NCBI RefSeq assembly: GCF_037902255.1
Contig: NZ_CP147990.1
Coordinates: 1,500,001-1,532,000, forward strand
DNA: 32,000 bases
Reading direction: 5' to 3'
Source: Candidatus Electrothrix sp. GW3-4
Lineage (GTDB): Bacteria; Desulfobacterota; Desulfobulbia; Desulfobulbales; Desulfobulbaceae
In this document: positions 7,592 through 17,035 of the stretch, piece after piece
How positions within the stretch are numbered: the first letter of the stretch is position 1
Layout: every line of letters starts with the position of its first letter
The notes under the pieces: generated by a model
Told to the model about the DNA's origin: nothing
Seen by the model: only the letters and a program-made list of their open reading frames with translations
Database searches by the model: none
Program-made: the position numbers and the translations under genes

Positions 7592-8593
7592 ATGAGTAAG
7601 GAAAAATTACGAGTCGGAGTCATCGGAGTAGGCTATCTTGGTCGTTTTCACGCCATGAAATATGCAGCTATGGATGATGTGCAACTTGTCGGAGTTGCAG
7701 ATGCTGATTCAGCCCGTGTGCAGGAAGTTGCCGAGGAGTGTTCAACCAAGGCCTTTACGGATTACCAGCCTCTTCTTGAGCATGTCGATGCGGTCTCCAT
7801 TGTTGTTCCTACGGTATATCATCACGCTGTTGCCATCGCCTGTCTTGAGCATGGCGTTGATATTCTCCTGGAAAAGCCCATGACCACTACTCTGCAAGAG
7901 GCAGATGAGTTAATTGCCTTAGCAGATCGCAAGAAACTGCTATTACAGGTGGGGCATCTGGAACGATTTAATCCTGCTGTTCTGGCCATGCAGCCCCTGC
8001 TCAATAATCCCCTCTTTATTGAGGCTCATCGCCTATCAACCTTTAAAAACCGTGGCACGGATGTTGATGTTATTCTGGATTTGATGATTCATGATATTGA
8101 TATCATCCTCTCCATTATTAATTCGCCGATCAAGGATATCCATACTGTGGGTGCCCCTGTGATCACGCAACTCACTGATATTGCCAACGCCCGTATTGTT
8201 TTTAAAAACGGATGTACAGCCAATATTACAGTAAGCCGGATTTCCATGGAAAATATACGGCGAATGCGTATCTTTCAGCCTGGGAAGTATCTGTCCGTTG
8301 ATTTTGGCAAAAAAGAAGTGATGGCCATCAAGCTGAAACAAGGGGACAATGGGAGCATCCCTTTGCCCGATGTTTCCCGGCATGGTTTCAGTGATCAGGA
8401 TGTGTTGGAAATGGAGATCAGAGAATTTATTGATAATATCCGCCACCGCCGGAAGCCCACTGTTTCAGGCAGGGAAGGGCGCCGTGCTCTGGCTGTGGCC
8501 CTTTCTGTGATCGGTCAAATTGAAGAAAATAAAACGCAGTTTAACCATCTCTTGGGTGAGGACGGGAACTTCGGTTTTATAGATCATCCCTGA
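7592..8593 (+). CDS. Gfo/Idh/MocA-family NAD(P)-dependent oxidoreductase
   Basis: 333 aa. The N-terminal Rossmann motif is LRVGVIGVGYLGRFH, followed by the family EKP motif (DILLEKPMTTTLQEADELI). The substrate cannot be inferred. Confidence 0.8.
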   Translation: MSKEKLRVGVIGVGYLGRFHAMKYAAMDDVQLVGVADADSARVQEVAEECSTKAFTDYQPLLEHVDAVSIVVPTVYHHAVAIACLEHGVDILLEKPMTTTLQEADELIALADRKKLLLQVGHLERFNPAVLAMQPLLNNPLFIEAHRLSTFKNRGTDVDVILDLMIHDIDIILSIINSPIKDIHTVGAPVITQLTDIANARIVFKNGCTANITVSRISMENIRRMRIFQPGKYLSVDFGKKEVMAIKLKQGDNGSIPLPDVSRHGFSDQDVLEMEIREFIDNIRHRRKPTVSGREGRRALAVALSVIGQIEENKTQFNHLLGEDGNFGFIDHP

Positions 8594-8683
8594 TGGTGTT
8601 GTCTTTTCGCTCTTCCTCAAGCCTTGTTCCGTGAGTTGATGTCCTGGCCGGATTATGTCCAGCCAGATGGAGAAGAGGAGTGC

Positions 8684-10711
8684 TTACAGCCCTGGCAGTG
8701 AGGCTGCTACCGGGCTGCTCTTCTTTGGTTTACCAGTAATATCTGTCACCCGTCGGACCACCCGGCTACTGAGCCGTTTGCCCTTGGCAGCAACCCCTTT
8801 GATCAGATAATCATCCATCTCGATTTCCAACGAGTTATAGCGCGCCCGCGAGGAGGGAACCAGACTGATTCTGGCTCGGATCTCCTTTTTTCCGGTGCGG
8901 AGGAGCTGGATAGTTGAACGCTTATGTTTCTCAAAGAGACGGTATTCCCGGTTAAGGATGAATTTGGGCATTTTAAAGCGCTTGGCATAGCTCAGGTTCA
9001 CTGAGCCAGCGCGATAGATCAGGTTGAAGACCAGATTTTCGTCAACCACCCCCAGCCAGGCCACCTCATTGCCGACAAAGAGTTTATCCGGCACATTGAT
9101 CACCTTATACAGACCATCGTTGAAAATCAGCAGGATACGATCCAGCTCTGAGCAGGCAAATTCTCTGTCCTTTTTGGGGTCTTCAATCTTGATCTTATGT
9201 CCCAGGAAACCAGACTTCCGTTGATAGGCGACCTGGATATTGGACAGGGCCGCTTCTCGGGCATTGACCTCGTCAAAGGATTTGAGCTTGCTCCGGCGCG
9301 GAAAGGCTTCACCGTATTTATCCAGTATTTGCTGAAGATAATTCCTGGTGAACAGCACCATGTCCTTCAGGTGTTTGTCAATAACCGCAATCCCTTTTTC
9401 TAGGGTCCTAATCTCCTTCTGCTGCTTATTGATATCATAGCGGGAGATCCTCTTTATCCGGATCTCCAGCAGACGTTCGATATCCTCCTTGCTGACCTTG
9501 CGTATGAGTTCGTCAGCAAAGGGGATCAAGGCCTCACGTACGGTACCGGTCACGGCCTTGTATGAGGTCTGCTCCTCTATCTGTTTATAGAGCCGTTCTT
9601 CAATAAAGATCTGCTCCAACTTTCGGGCATGGAGCTTGTCCAGCAGGCGCCCTCGCTCAATATTAAGTTCGGTTTCCAGGTCTTGCTTGAGCTTATCCGT
9701 ATTATGACGAAGGACCTCTTCAACCGTGATGATGCAGGGGAGGTCCTCCTTGATCACCACAAGGTTGGGTGAGACGCTGAGCTCACAATCGGTAAAGGCG
9801 TACAGGGCGTCAATGGTCTCTTCGGCATAGACCCCGCGCGGCAGCTTGATCTCTACCTCTACCCTTTCCGCTGTATAATCGTTGATTGAGGCGATCTTGA
9901 GCTTGCCAGCCTTAGCCGCCTTTTCCACCGAATCCATCAGAGTTTGGGTGGTCAGGGTATAGGGGAGCTCGGTAATAGTGATGGTCTTTTCGTCTGTGAC
10001 GCCGATTTTTGCCCGGCAGCGCAGGCGTCCGTTACCGTGATCATAATCCGAGACATCAACAATTCCGCCTTTGGGAAAATCCGGGTACAGGGCAAACTCC
10101 TCACCCTCAAGGTATTTGATCTGGCCTTGCAGCAGCTCCCGGAAGTTATGGGGCATGATCTTGGTGGCCATACCCACCGCGATGCCTTCTGCACCGAGCA
10201 GCAAGAGCATGGGGAGCTTGGAGGGCAGGGTGACGGGCTCCTGCATGCGTCCGTCATAGGAATCAACAAATTCTGTCAGGTCCTTGTTAAACAGGGTTTC
10301 GCGGGCCAGCGGAGTAAGGCGACATTCGATATACCGGGCTGCTGAGGCCTGATCACCAGTATAGATATTGCCGAAGTTGCCCTGCCGATCTATGAGATAA
10401 TTTTTATTGGCCAGATTAACCAGAGCGGCAAAGATGGATTGATCGCCGTGGGGATGGAGTTTCATAGTCTCGCCCACCACATTAGCTACCTTATGGTAGC
10501 GTCCGTCATCCATATTATGGAGGGTCTGGAGGATGCGCCGCTGCACCGGTTTCAGGCCATCGTCGATGTCTGGAATGGCCCGTTCCCGAATAACATAGGA
10601 GGTGTAGTCGAGGAAATTATCGTCAAAGAGCTTATGCAGCTTGCCCTGCCGGTTTTCCTGCTGCTCATCTGGAGTTGTTCCTTCAGCAGTCTCTTTTGAT
10701 TCACTCGTCAT
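8684..10711 (-). CDS. parC: type IIA topoisomerase subunit A, compact ParC-like (topoisomerase IV A) form
   Basis: 675 aa. It has IPDIDDGLKPVQRRILQTLHNMDDGRYHKVANVVGETMKLHPHGDQSIFAALVNLA and the catalytic-Tyr block AARYIECRL. This closely resembles the Bacteroidota-type ParC N-terminal region I remember (LHEMDDGRY.KVAN.VG.TM.YHPHGD). I saw no GyrA-box (QRRGGKG), and the C-terminal domain is short. Confidence 0.75.
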   Translation of the reverse strand: MTSESKETAEGTTPDEQQENRQGKLHKLFDDNFLDYTSYVIRERAIPDIDDGLKPVQRRILQTLHNMDDGRYHKVANVVGETMKLHPHGDQSIFAALVNLANKNYLIDRQGNFGNIYTGDQASAARYIECRLTPLARETLFNKDLTEFVDSYDGRMQEPVTLPSKLPMLLLLGAEGIAVGMATKIMPHNFRELLQGQIKYLEGEEFALYPDFPKGGIVDVSDYDHGNGRLRCRAKIGVTDEKTITITELPYTLTTQTLMDSVEKAAKAGKLKIASINDYTAERVEVEIKLPRGVYAEETIDALYAFTDCELSVSPNLVVIKEDLPCIITVEEVLRHNTDKLKQDLETELNIERGRLLDKLHARKLEQIFIEERLYKQIEEQTSYKAVTGTVREALIPFADELIRKVSKEDIERLLEIRIKRISRYDINKQQKEIRTLEKGIAVIDKHLKDMVLFTRNYLQQILDKYGEAFPRRSKLKSFDEVNAREAALSNIQVAYQRKSGFLGHKIKIEDPKKDREFACSELDRILLIFNDGLYKVINVPDKLFVGNEVAWLGVVDENLVFNLIYRAGSVNLSYAKRFKMPKFILNREYRLFEKHKRSTIQLLRTGKKEIRARISLVPSSRARYNSLEIEMDDYLIKGVAAKGKRLSSRVVRRVTDITGKPKKSSPVAASLPGL

Positions 10712-10989
10712 ACAGCCCTCGGAGCAGCCAGTTTATAGGCGGTCATGTGTTGATCAATGCAAAATATTCTTGGTGGTTTTTTCGGAACAAATTTATTTAC
10801 CGATCTGTTGATTATAATGATTCTCAAGAAAGTTGCAATGGCTGAATCCGGCTTGCTGTCTGGGATTGCAGGGCCAAGAGTTTTGCGGAGCAGCCAGAAA
10901 AGGTGATAAGCCGAAGGGGAGGGAACAAGAAAAAATGGTTTGGGGGTGGTGAAGGGCGCGACTAGGGGCGCCTTGCCAATACTCCATGA

Positions 10990-11796
10990 TCAGGCTGAAC
11001 CGTTGTGGTTCTCGCGGTTCAGCTCATAGATAAGGCGTAGGCCAGTCAGGGTCAGGAGCGGATCAATGGTCTTGATAGAGGAACAGTAGGGAGCAATCAT
11101 CTCAGCCATACCTCCAGTAGCAATGATATTGACCACTTCATCTTCTTGCTGCATTTCTTGACGCAAGAGGGCCGTCATCCGGTCGATCATGCCGCCAAAT
11201 CCGTGCAGCATCCCGGAGCAGATCGCGTCAACTGTATTGGTGCCGATGACCGGCATGGGATTCCGATTTAGATCTATCCGTGGTAATTTTGCGGTCTTGC
11301 CTGCAAGGGCATCAAGTGATATACCGATGCCTGGATGAATGGTCCCGCCGAGATATTCCCCTTTTTTACTGACACAGTCAAAGGTAACGGCAGTGCCAAA
11401 ATCGATCGCCAGTAGAGCGGTTTTATAATGCTGCCAGGCAGCTACCGCATTGACAATCCTGTCTGCCCCTACTTCGGCAGGGTTTTCTATTCGGATGATA
11501 ATACCGGTGTTTGTTTTATGGGAGACTGATATGGGCGGCGTGGAGCAGCCAGTAAGATATTTTTCGGCAAAATTAAGCCAGCTGGTCTCCAGGGTAGGAA
11601 CAACAGAGCAAACAATGAAGGCTGTTATATCCTCTTTTTCGATCCCATTCATCTGAAAAAGAGAATGGTAGCGGATGGCCAGTTCATCGGCCGTCTTATC
11701 CCGATCTGATTTTAACCGCCATTGATGAAGCAGGTCTTGGCCAGAGAACACACCGCTGACCGTATGTGAGTTTCCTACATCGACAGTGAGGAGCAT
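10990..11796 (-). CDS. coaX: type III pantothenate kinase
   Basis: The ORF-track protein contains MLLTVDVGNSHTVSGVF (the acetate/sugar-kinase phosphate-1 motif of CoaX), LAIDFGTAVTFD and IIATGGMAEMI. I place the start at the internal ATG (complement of 11794-11796). The 50-aa upstream extension in the track is not CoaX-like. Confidence 0.85.
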   Translation of the reverse strand: MLLTVDVGNSHTVSGVFSGQDLLHQWRLKSDRDKTADELAIRYHSLFQMNGIEKEDITAFIVCSVVPTLETSWLNFAEKYLTGCSTPPISVSHKTNTGIIIRIENPAEVGADRIVNAVAAWQHYKTALLAIDFGTAVTFDCVSKKGEYLGGTIHPGIGISLDALAGKTAKLPRIDLNRNPMPVIGTNTVDAICSGMLHGFGGMIDRMTALLRQEMQQEDEVVNIIATGGMAEMIAPYCSSIKTIDPLLTLTGLRLIYELNRENHNGSA

Positions 11797-12171
11797 AAGG
11801 TTTTGTTTCGGTAGTAAATTAATATGATTGCCAGATTTATGCGTATTGTCCTGTTTCTCTACTGACAGCGTTGCCAGAATAACTGAAAGAAAAGCTGTTT
11901 TGCTTTGTTCTGGAAGCAGGAAAAGTGATCCAGGGATCATTAGCAAAAAAAACTTCTCCTGTCAAAGTATGTTGTTCTTTCGTAACATTTCCTGTCTGTT
12001 GGCTGTAAAAAAGAAGAAACAGCAATAACGGCTCTGCAAGTTGTTACTGGGAGATTGCTGGAACGATTCTCCTTGTTTTGCCTGGTTAATATTGTTAGAT
12101 ATTCCCTCCAAACTTTCTCTCTTATTATTTGTCCAGAATAATGCTCGGCAATATCAAGGTACTCAGAAAAT

Positions 12172-13485
12172 ATGTCTAAAATACAGATTATCGGTGGTGG
12201 GTTGGCTGGCTGTGAGGCGGCCTGGCAGGCTGCACAACGCGGCTGCACTGTAGAACTCTATGAGATGAAGCCGACCCGCTTTAGCCCGGCCCATGAATCA
12301 GAATTGCTGGCAGAGTTGGTTTGCTCCAACTCCCTGCGTTCCAATGCCCAGGATTCGGCAGTGGGCCTGCTCAAAGAGGAGATGCGGCGCTTTGACTCGT
12401 TGATTATGCGGGCTGCAGAGGCAACGGCAGTGCCTGCCGGGGCTGCCCTGGCTGTGGATCGCCAGGAATTTGCTGCCTTTGTCTCCCAGGTAGTAGAAGA
12501 GCATCCTCAGATTAGGGTGATCCGGGAAGAGGTGACCAGCTTACCCGAGCAGGGTTGCCCGGTTATTTTGGCCACAGGCCCCTTGACCTCTGAGGCCATG
12601 ACCGCAGCCCTGGTTGAATTGACCGGTGAGCAGCACCTGGCCTTTTATGATGCCATTGCCCCTATCGTGGCGGCAGATTCCCTGGATATGGATATTATTT
12701 ATCAAAAATCCCGCTGGGATGATGAGGGGCCTGGGGATTACCTGAATTGTCCTATGAGTGAAGAGCAGTATCAAAACTTTATTGCTCTGTTGGGATCAGC
12801 ACAGACGGTGCCGCTGAAGTCTTTCGAAAAGGCCAAATATTTTGAGGGCTGTTTGCCTATCGAGGTCATGTGCGAGCGGGGCGTGGAAACCCTGCGTTTT
12901 GGTCCCATGAAACCGGTGGGTCTGGATCATCCGAAGACCGGGGCAAAGGCCCATGCTGTTGTCCAGTTACGGGCGGAAAACCGGGCCAAAACTATGTATA
13001 ATCTGGTGGGATTTCAAACCAAACTCACCTATCCTGAGCAGAAGCGGGTCTTTCGCACCATCCCTGGCCTGGAGCAAGCAGAGTTTGTTCGTCTGGGGTC
13101 CATCCATCGCAATACCTTTATCTGTGCTCCTGAGTTGTTGAATGCCTCTTTGCAGATGAAAAAACGGCCCGGTCTCTTTTTGGCTGGTCAGCTCTCCGGG
13201 GTTGAAGGCTATGTGGAGTCCACAGCCATGGGCCTGCTGGCGGGTATCAACGCAGCTCGTCTTCTGACGGGGAAACTGATGATTCCACCGCCTGCGTCCA
13301 CCGCCCTTGGGGCCTTAATCCATCATCTTACAGAAACAGAACCCATGCATTTTCAGCCCTCCAATGTGAACTTCGGGCTTTTTCCTCCCTTGCAAAAGAA
13401 AATGCGTAAGCGGGATCGGGGACAATTCCGGGCAAAACAGGCTTTGCAGCTTTTGCAGGAATGGCAGCAGGAGTTGGAGATATGA
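12172..13485 (+). CDS. trmFO: methylenetetrahydrofolate--tRNA-(uracil54-C5)-methyltransferase
   Basis: 437 aa. It has the FAD-binding N-terminus IQIIGGGLAGCEAAWQAAQRG. It also has the blocks ELVCSNSLRS, FAGQLSGVEGYVESTAMGLLAG and FQPSNVNFGLFPPL, characteristic of TrmFO/Gid. Confidence 0.9.
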   Translation: MSKIQIIGGGLAGCEAAWQAAQRGCTVELYEMKPTRFSPAHESELLAELVCSNSLRSNAQDSAVGLLKEEMRRFDSLIMRAAEATAVPAGAALAVDRQEFAAFVSQVVEEHPQIRVIREEVTSLPEQGCPVILATGPLTSEAMTAALVELTGEQHLAFYDAIAPIVAADSLDMDIIYQKSRWDDEGPGDYLNCPMSEEQYQNFIALLGSAQTVPLKSFEKAKYFEGCLPIEVMCERGVETLRFGPMKPVGLDHPKTGAKAHAVVQLRAENRAKTMYNLVGFQTKLTYPEQKRVFRTIPGLEQAEFVRLGSIHRNTFICAPELLNASLQMKKRPGLFLAGQLSGVEGYVESTAMGLLAGINAARLLTGKLMIPPPASTALGALIHHLTETEPMHFQPSNVNFGLFPPLQKKMRKRDRGQFRAKQALQLLQEWQQELEI

Positions 13486-13622
13486 GGAGGAGGGGGGCTT
13501 TTTTATCGGCGGAGTGTTGACACAACAGGCCTGTATCTATATCTACGGAATACGTTTTTTTAGGAGACAGGGGTGGATGATCCGACGATCCTTGTGATCG
13601 TCTTGCTTCCGTCCAATTCTGA

Positions 13623-13643
13623 GGGCGAATACACGATTCGCCC
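13623..13643. terminator. GC-rich hairpin between convergent trmFO and usp (possible bidirectional terminator / REP-like palindrome)
   Basis: gggcgaat (13623-13630) pairs with attcgccc (13636-13643) around the loop acacg. It lies about 20 nt beyond the usp stop. Neither side has a clear U-tract, so terminator function is uncertain. Confidence 0.35.
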
Positions 13644-13663
13644 CTGGATATTTGGGCAATTCT

Positions 13664-14152
13664 TTACGCTTTTTTTGCCTCTTCGCAGATCTGGCGATAA
13701 GGGTTGATGGTCATGACTGGACAGCAGGCGTTTTTTACGACCTTGTCAGCTACGCTGCCAAACATGATGCGCTCAAGCCCTTTATAGCCATGGGTCCCCA
13801 TGACGATCAGGTTGCAAGAAATTGTTTCAGAATAATTCAGGATTTCTTCACTGACGTCACCGGTCAGCACCTTACTGTAAACTGCAGTTGCGCCAGCCTC
13901 CAGATATTTTTCTTTCTTGTCAGCAATAAATTCGTCCATCCGCTGTTGCGCGGATTTCAGGAGCTCCTCTTCCAGGTTGGGCAGGTTGACTGGCGGAACA
14001 AAGAAGCCGGAATAGTCCTCAAAGTTTTGGACGACAAAGACCAGATGCAGTTCCGCACCGAATTTGCCAGCTGTGTATGCGGCTGATTCCGCTATCATCT
14101 CGGCGTTGTCGGAAAAATCAACAGGGGTGATAATGGTTTGAATTTCCTGCAT
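13664..14152 (-). CDS. universal stress protein (UspA family)
   Basis: 162 aa. It has IITPVDFSDNAEMIAESA...AELHLVFVV...LIVMGTHGYKGLERIMFGSVADKVVKNACCPVMTI, the typical Usp ATP-binding G-x2-G-x9-G-S motif. Confidence 0.85.
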   Translation of the reverse strand: MQEIQTIITPVDFSDNAEMIAESAAYTAGKFGAELHLVFVVQNFEDYSGFFVPPVNLPNLEEELLKSAQQRMDEFIADKKEKYLEAGATAVYSKVLTGDVSEEILNYSETISCNLIVMGTHGYKGLERIMFGSVADKVVKNACCPVMTINPYRQICEEAKKA

Positions 14153-14284
14153 GGTGTTCTCCTCAGTAGTGAGCGACCCCGCCTGTAAAGGGCAGAGTTT
14201 CGAAATTAAAGTGATTTTTTAAATACGCCGCAAGCAGCGGGGAGTTGATCCCAAAGCTTCATCATTCATATAAATAAGGGTGAG

Positions 14285-15367
14285 TTAGAAATCAACGAGT
14301 TCTACGTCAAAGACCAACCAAGCATCAGGAGGAATGACTCCACCTGCCCCTCGTGATCCGTAGGCCAATTCCGGCGGTATAATCAGGGTGCGCTTTTCTC
14401 CTTTACGCATATTGGAGAGGGCCTGGTCCCAGCCCTTGATCACCCGTCCCACACCGACTTCAAACTGGATAGGTTCACCGCGATCATAGGAGCTGTCGAA
14501 TTTTTGATTATTGGCAAGGAGGCGTCCTGTGTAATGGGCACTGATCATGGCTCCCTGGGCTGGCTTGTCGCCTGAGCCTTCCTGATTCACTACCCAGTAG
14601 AGACCGGAGTTGCTGAAATGGGCATCAGGCCATTTCTGTTTGATCATCTTGATGATTACTTCCTTCTCCTTGTCAGTTGCATTTTCCTGAGCCTTATTCA
14701 GGTTTGCCTGCATCTGCTCAAAGGCTTCCTGGTTTGTCTGAAAATTCTCTGCCTTCTCACCAACCCGGATGATCTCTATGCTTTTTATCACATCATTCTG
14801 GGCAATGCTGTCGACCACGTCCTGGCCTTCTACCACGTGGCCAAAGATCGTATGTTTGCCGTTCAGGTGCGGGGTTGCAACATGGGTAATAAAGAATTGC
14901 GAGCCATTGGTGCCTGGTCCGGCATTGGCCATGGCCAATACTCCAGGACCGGTAAAGCGCAGTTCCGGGTCAAACTCATCGGCAAAGGTGTAGCCAGGAC
15001 CTCCAGTTCCAGTACCCAAAGGACAGCCGCCCTGAATCATGAACTCCTTAATGACGCGATGGAATTTTAAGCCGTCATAGAAACGGATTCCTGTGGGTTT
15101 GTCCGCACCGCCATAGGTTAAGGTTCCCTCTGCCAGGCCAACAAAGTTAATGACTGTCAAGGGAGCCTTGTCATAATACAGGTTAAGCAGGATATCTCCC
15201 TTGGCTGTGCTTATCTTTGCGTATAATCCATCTTGCATTTTTTCTTCCTTGGTTTCCTGAGGAGCTTCCTCTGGTTCGGTTATTGCTGAAACAGGCTGTT
15301 GTATAAAAACACATAATGCCAGCAAGATAATGGGGGTGATGTAACGATGTGCAAGCAGTTTGTGCAT
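14285..15367 (-). CDS. secreted dual-family peptidyl-prolyl isomerase: cyclophilin domain fused to FKBP domain
   Basis: 360 aa. The signal peptide is [28 protein letters not shown]. The cyclophilin core contains [31 protein letters not shown]...[19 protein letters not shown]. The C-terminal FKBP core contains [63 protein letters not shown]...[10 protein letters not shown]. Confidence 0.85.
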   Translation of the reverse strand: MHKLLAHRYITPIILLALCVFIQQPVSAITEPEEAPQETKEEKMQDGLYAKISTAKGDILLNLYYDKAPLTVINFVGLAEGTLTYGGADKPTGIRFYDGLKFHRVIKEFMIQGGCPLGTGTGGPGYTFADEFDPELRFTGPGVLAMANAGPGTNGSQFFITHVATPHLNGKHTIFGHVVEGQDVVDSIAQNDVIKSIEIIRVGEKAENFQTNQEAFEQMQANLNKAQENATDKEKEVIIKMIKQKWPDAHFSNSGLYWVVNQEGSGDKPAQGAMISAHYTGRLLANNQKFDSSYDRGEPIQFEVGVGRVIKGWDQALSNMRKGEKRTLIIPPELAYGSRGAGGVIPPDAWLVFDVELVDF

Positions 15368-15609
15368 GGAAGCCTCCAGCAGCAGATAATGTATTTTTGC
15401 CTTGTCCAGGTATCACCCCATGGTGTCGCATAACAGAAGGATGAGACAGGACGGAATAATCGACCTGAACAGAAAAACTGTATAGAGTTGCTAACAAAAC
15501 ATGGTAGCAGTTGTCAAGAAAAACCGATGCCTTTCTTTTTTAGGCTTGCACTTTCTTCCCTATTGACGAGGAGGGGGAATCTTGTTTAAATAAGCAGTTT
15601 TGCGGAAAG

Positions 15610-16995
15610 ATGGCAAGGAACCGGTTGCCCTTTGAAAAAGCGAAGTTTTTTCGGGCCCGGGAAAAACAAGGACACTGCGTGTTGTACAATTTCTATCGCA
15701 TAACTGGAGCGATTCTTTATCCTCTGCTCGTTGCGGTGTCTCCGCTTCTTGATCGATGTATGCCAAATTGGCAAGTGAGCCAACGACTTGGTCGTTATCA
15801 AGATGTCGATCCATCTGCAACGGCAGCACCGCGTGCGCAGTTGCTCTGGATACATGCCGCTTCTGTCGGAGAGGTTCAGGCTGCGCGAGCACTCATTGCT
15901 GTTCTAGATGATACCTTGCCTGAGGCTGAAATCTTTCTGACCACCATGACACGGCAGGGAAGGGCTGTTGCCCAGTCTCTGCTGCCCTCCCATGTTTGTT
16001 GTGCGTTAGCTCCTTTGGATATATCCCCAGCCGTGGACAGGGCCCTCAAGCTTTTGCAGCCGAATCTTTATATTTGTCTGGAAACAGAATTCTGGCCTGT
16101 GATGCTGATAACGATGCGCAAGGCTGGTGTGCCCATGCTGCTCCTCAACGGTCGGATTTCCGCGCGTTCCTTTGCGCAATATCAGCGTATAAAGGGAACC
16201 ATAAAGCAAGTTCTTGCCGGTTTTTCAGCGGTCGGTGTGATTCAGGAACAGGATAAAGATCGTTTTTGTCAGCTTGGGGTACCTGCTGATCGTATTCAGG
16301 TTTGTGGTAATCTGAAATACGGACTTCGGCAGCCGGACTCGGCAGAGCAGGCAAAGAAGGAGTATTGCCAACTTCTTGGAATTCAAGCTGATGAGGTTGT
16401 GTTCCTCTGTGGATCAACTCGATCAGGGGAAGAAGAACTCCTCCTGCCTGTCTTTACCCGATTGCAGGAGAAATACCTGGGCAGGCTCTTATGGATTCTT
16501 GCTCCGCGTCATTTGGAGCGATTGCCGGAGGTCATGGCCTTGCTGGAGCAGGCCGGGCTGGGGTATGAGCTGTTTTCGCAGTTTTCTCTGTCCTCTGAGG
16601 GAGATAGCAAGGAGCGCCAGGGGAATATTATCCTGCTGGACAGGATGGGAGAACTTGCGCGTCTTTATGCAGTGGGGGATTATATTTTTTGTGGTGGGAG
16701 TCTGGTCAATAAGGGGGGGCATAATATTATGGAACCCATTGCCCTGCGAAAGCCGGTCTTTTTCGGCCCCTATATGCAGGATTTTCAGGATGCGGTGGGG
16801 CTGGTCCTTGCAGCGGGAGCTGGTGTTCAGGTTGCCTCGCCTGATGATTTATCAGACCGCTTGCTGGATTATCCTGTGGATGCACCTGTCTATGAGCAGG
16901 CCTGTCAGGCGGCAGAGCAGCTTGCGCAGACCCAGCAGGGCGCGGTGACCCGGCAGGCGGAAATGGTGTCGCAGGTGATGAAAGACCGAGGGTGA
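15610..16995 (+). CDS. waaA: 3-deoxy-D-manno-octulosonic acid (Kdo) transferase
   Basis: 461 aa. It has LWIHAASVGEVQAARALI, then ETEFWPVML...LLNGRIS and GGSLVNKGGHNIMEP, typical of WaaA/KdtA. The start is uncertain: the ATG at 15610 gives a 23-aa extension, and a GTG at 15679 preceded by aaggac is an alternative. Confidence 0.88.
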   Translation: MARNRLPFEKAKFFRAREKQGHCVLYNFYRITGAILYPLLVAVSPLLDRCMPNWQVSQRLGRYQDVDPSATAAPRAQLLWIHAASVGEVQAARALIAVLDDTLPEAEIFLTTMTRQGRAVAQSLLPSHVCCALAPLDISPAVDRALKLLQPNLYICLETEFWPVMLITMRKAGVPMLLLNGRISARSFAQYQRIKGTIKQVLAGFSAVGVIQEQDKDRFCQLGVPADRIQVCGNLKYGLRQPDSAEQAKKEYCQLLGIQADEVVFLCGSTRSGEEELLLPVFTRLQEKYLGRLLWILAPRHLERLPEVMALLEQAGLGYELFSQFSLSSEGDSKERQGNIILLDRMGELARLYAVGDYIFCGGSLVNKGGHNIMEPIALRKPVFFGPYMQDFQDAVGLVLAAGAGVQVASPDDLSDRLLDYPVDAPVYEQACQAAEQLAQTQQGAVTRQAEMVSQVMKDRG

Positions 16996-17035
16996 TGCCT
17001 GATTGCAAAAGAGAATCCAAATAAAAAATCATTCC

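Noticed and set aside
8684-10711. Calling this gene gyrA
   Set aside because: The protein is only 675 aa with a short C-terminal domain, and I did not see a GyrA-box (QRRGGKG-like). The N-terminal region resembles ParC of the Bacteroidota type instead.
11797-11946. 50-codon N-terminal extension of coaX. The track gives similar extensions for carA (18670-18759), isf (17988-18053), maeA (24761-24814), the activase (29333-29371), the Excalibur protein (17003-17035) and the HesB-like gene (27518-27652).
   Set aside because: In each case the family-typical N-terminus begins at an internal ATG, usually with a better Shine-Dalgarno. The extensions have no similarity to the families and several start at non-ATG codons.
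13652-14086. 144-aa + strand ORF
   Set aside because: It is antisense to the UspA-family gene, which carries the canonical Usp motifs.
16376-16948. 190-aa + strand ORF in an alternative frame
   Set aside because: It lies inside waaA in another frame. The Trp/Arg/Cys-rich composition is typical of an off-frame translation.
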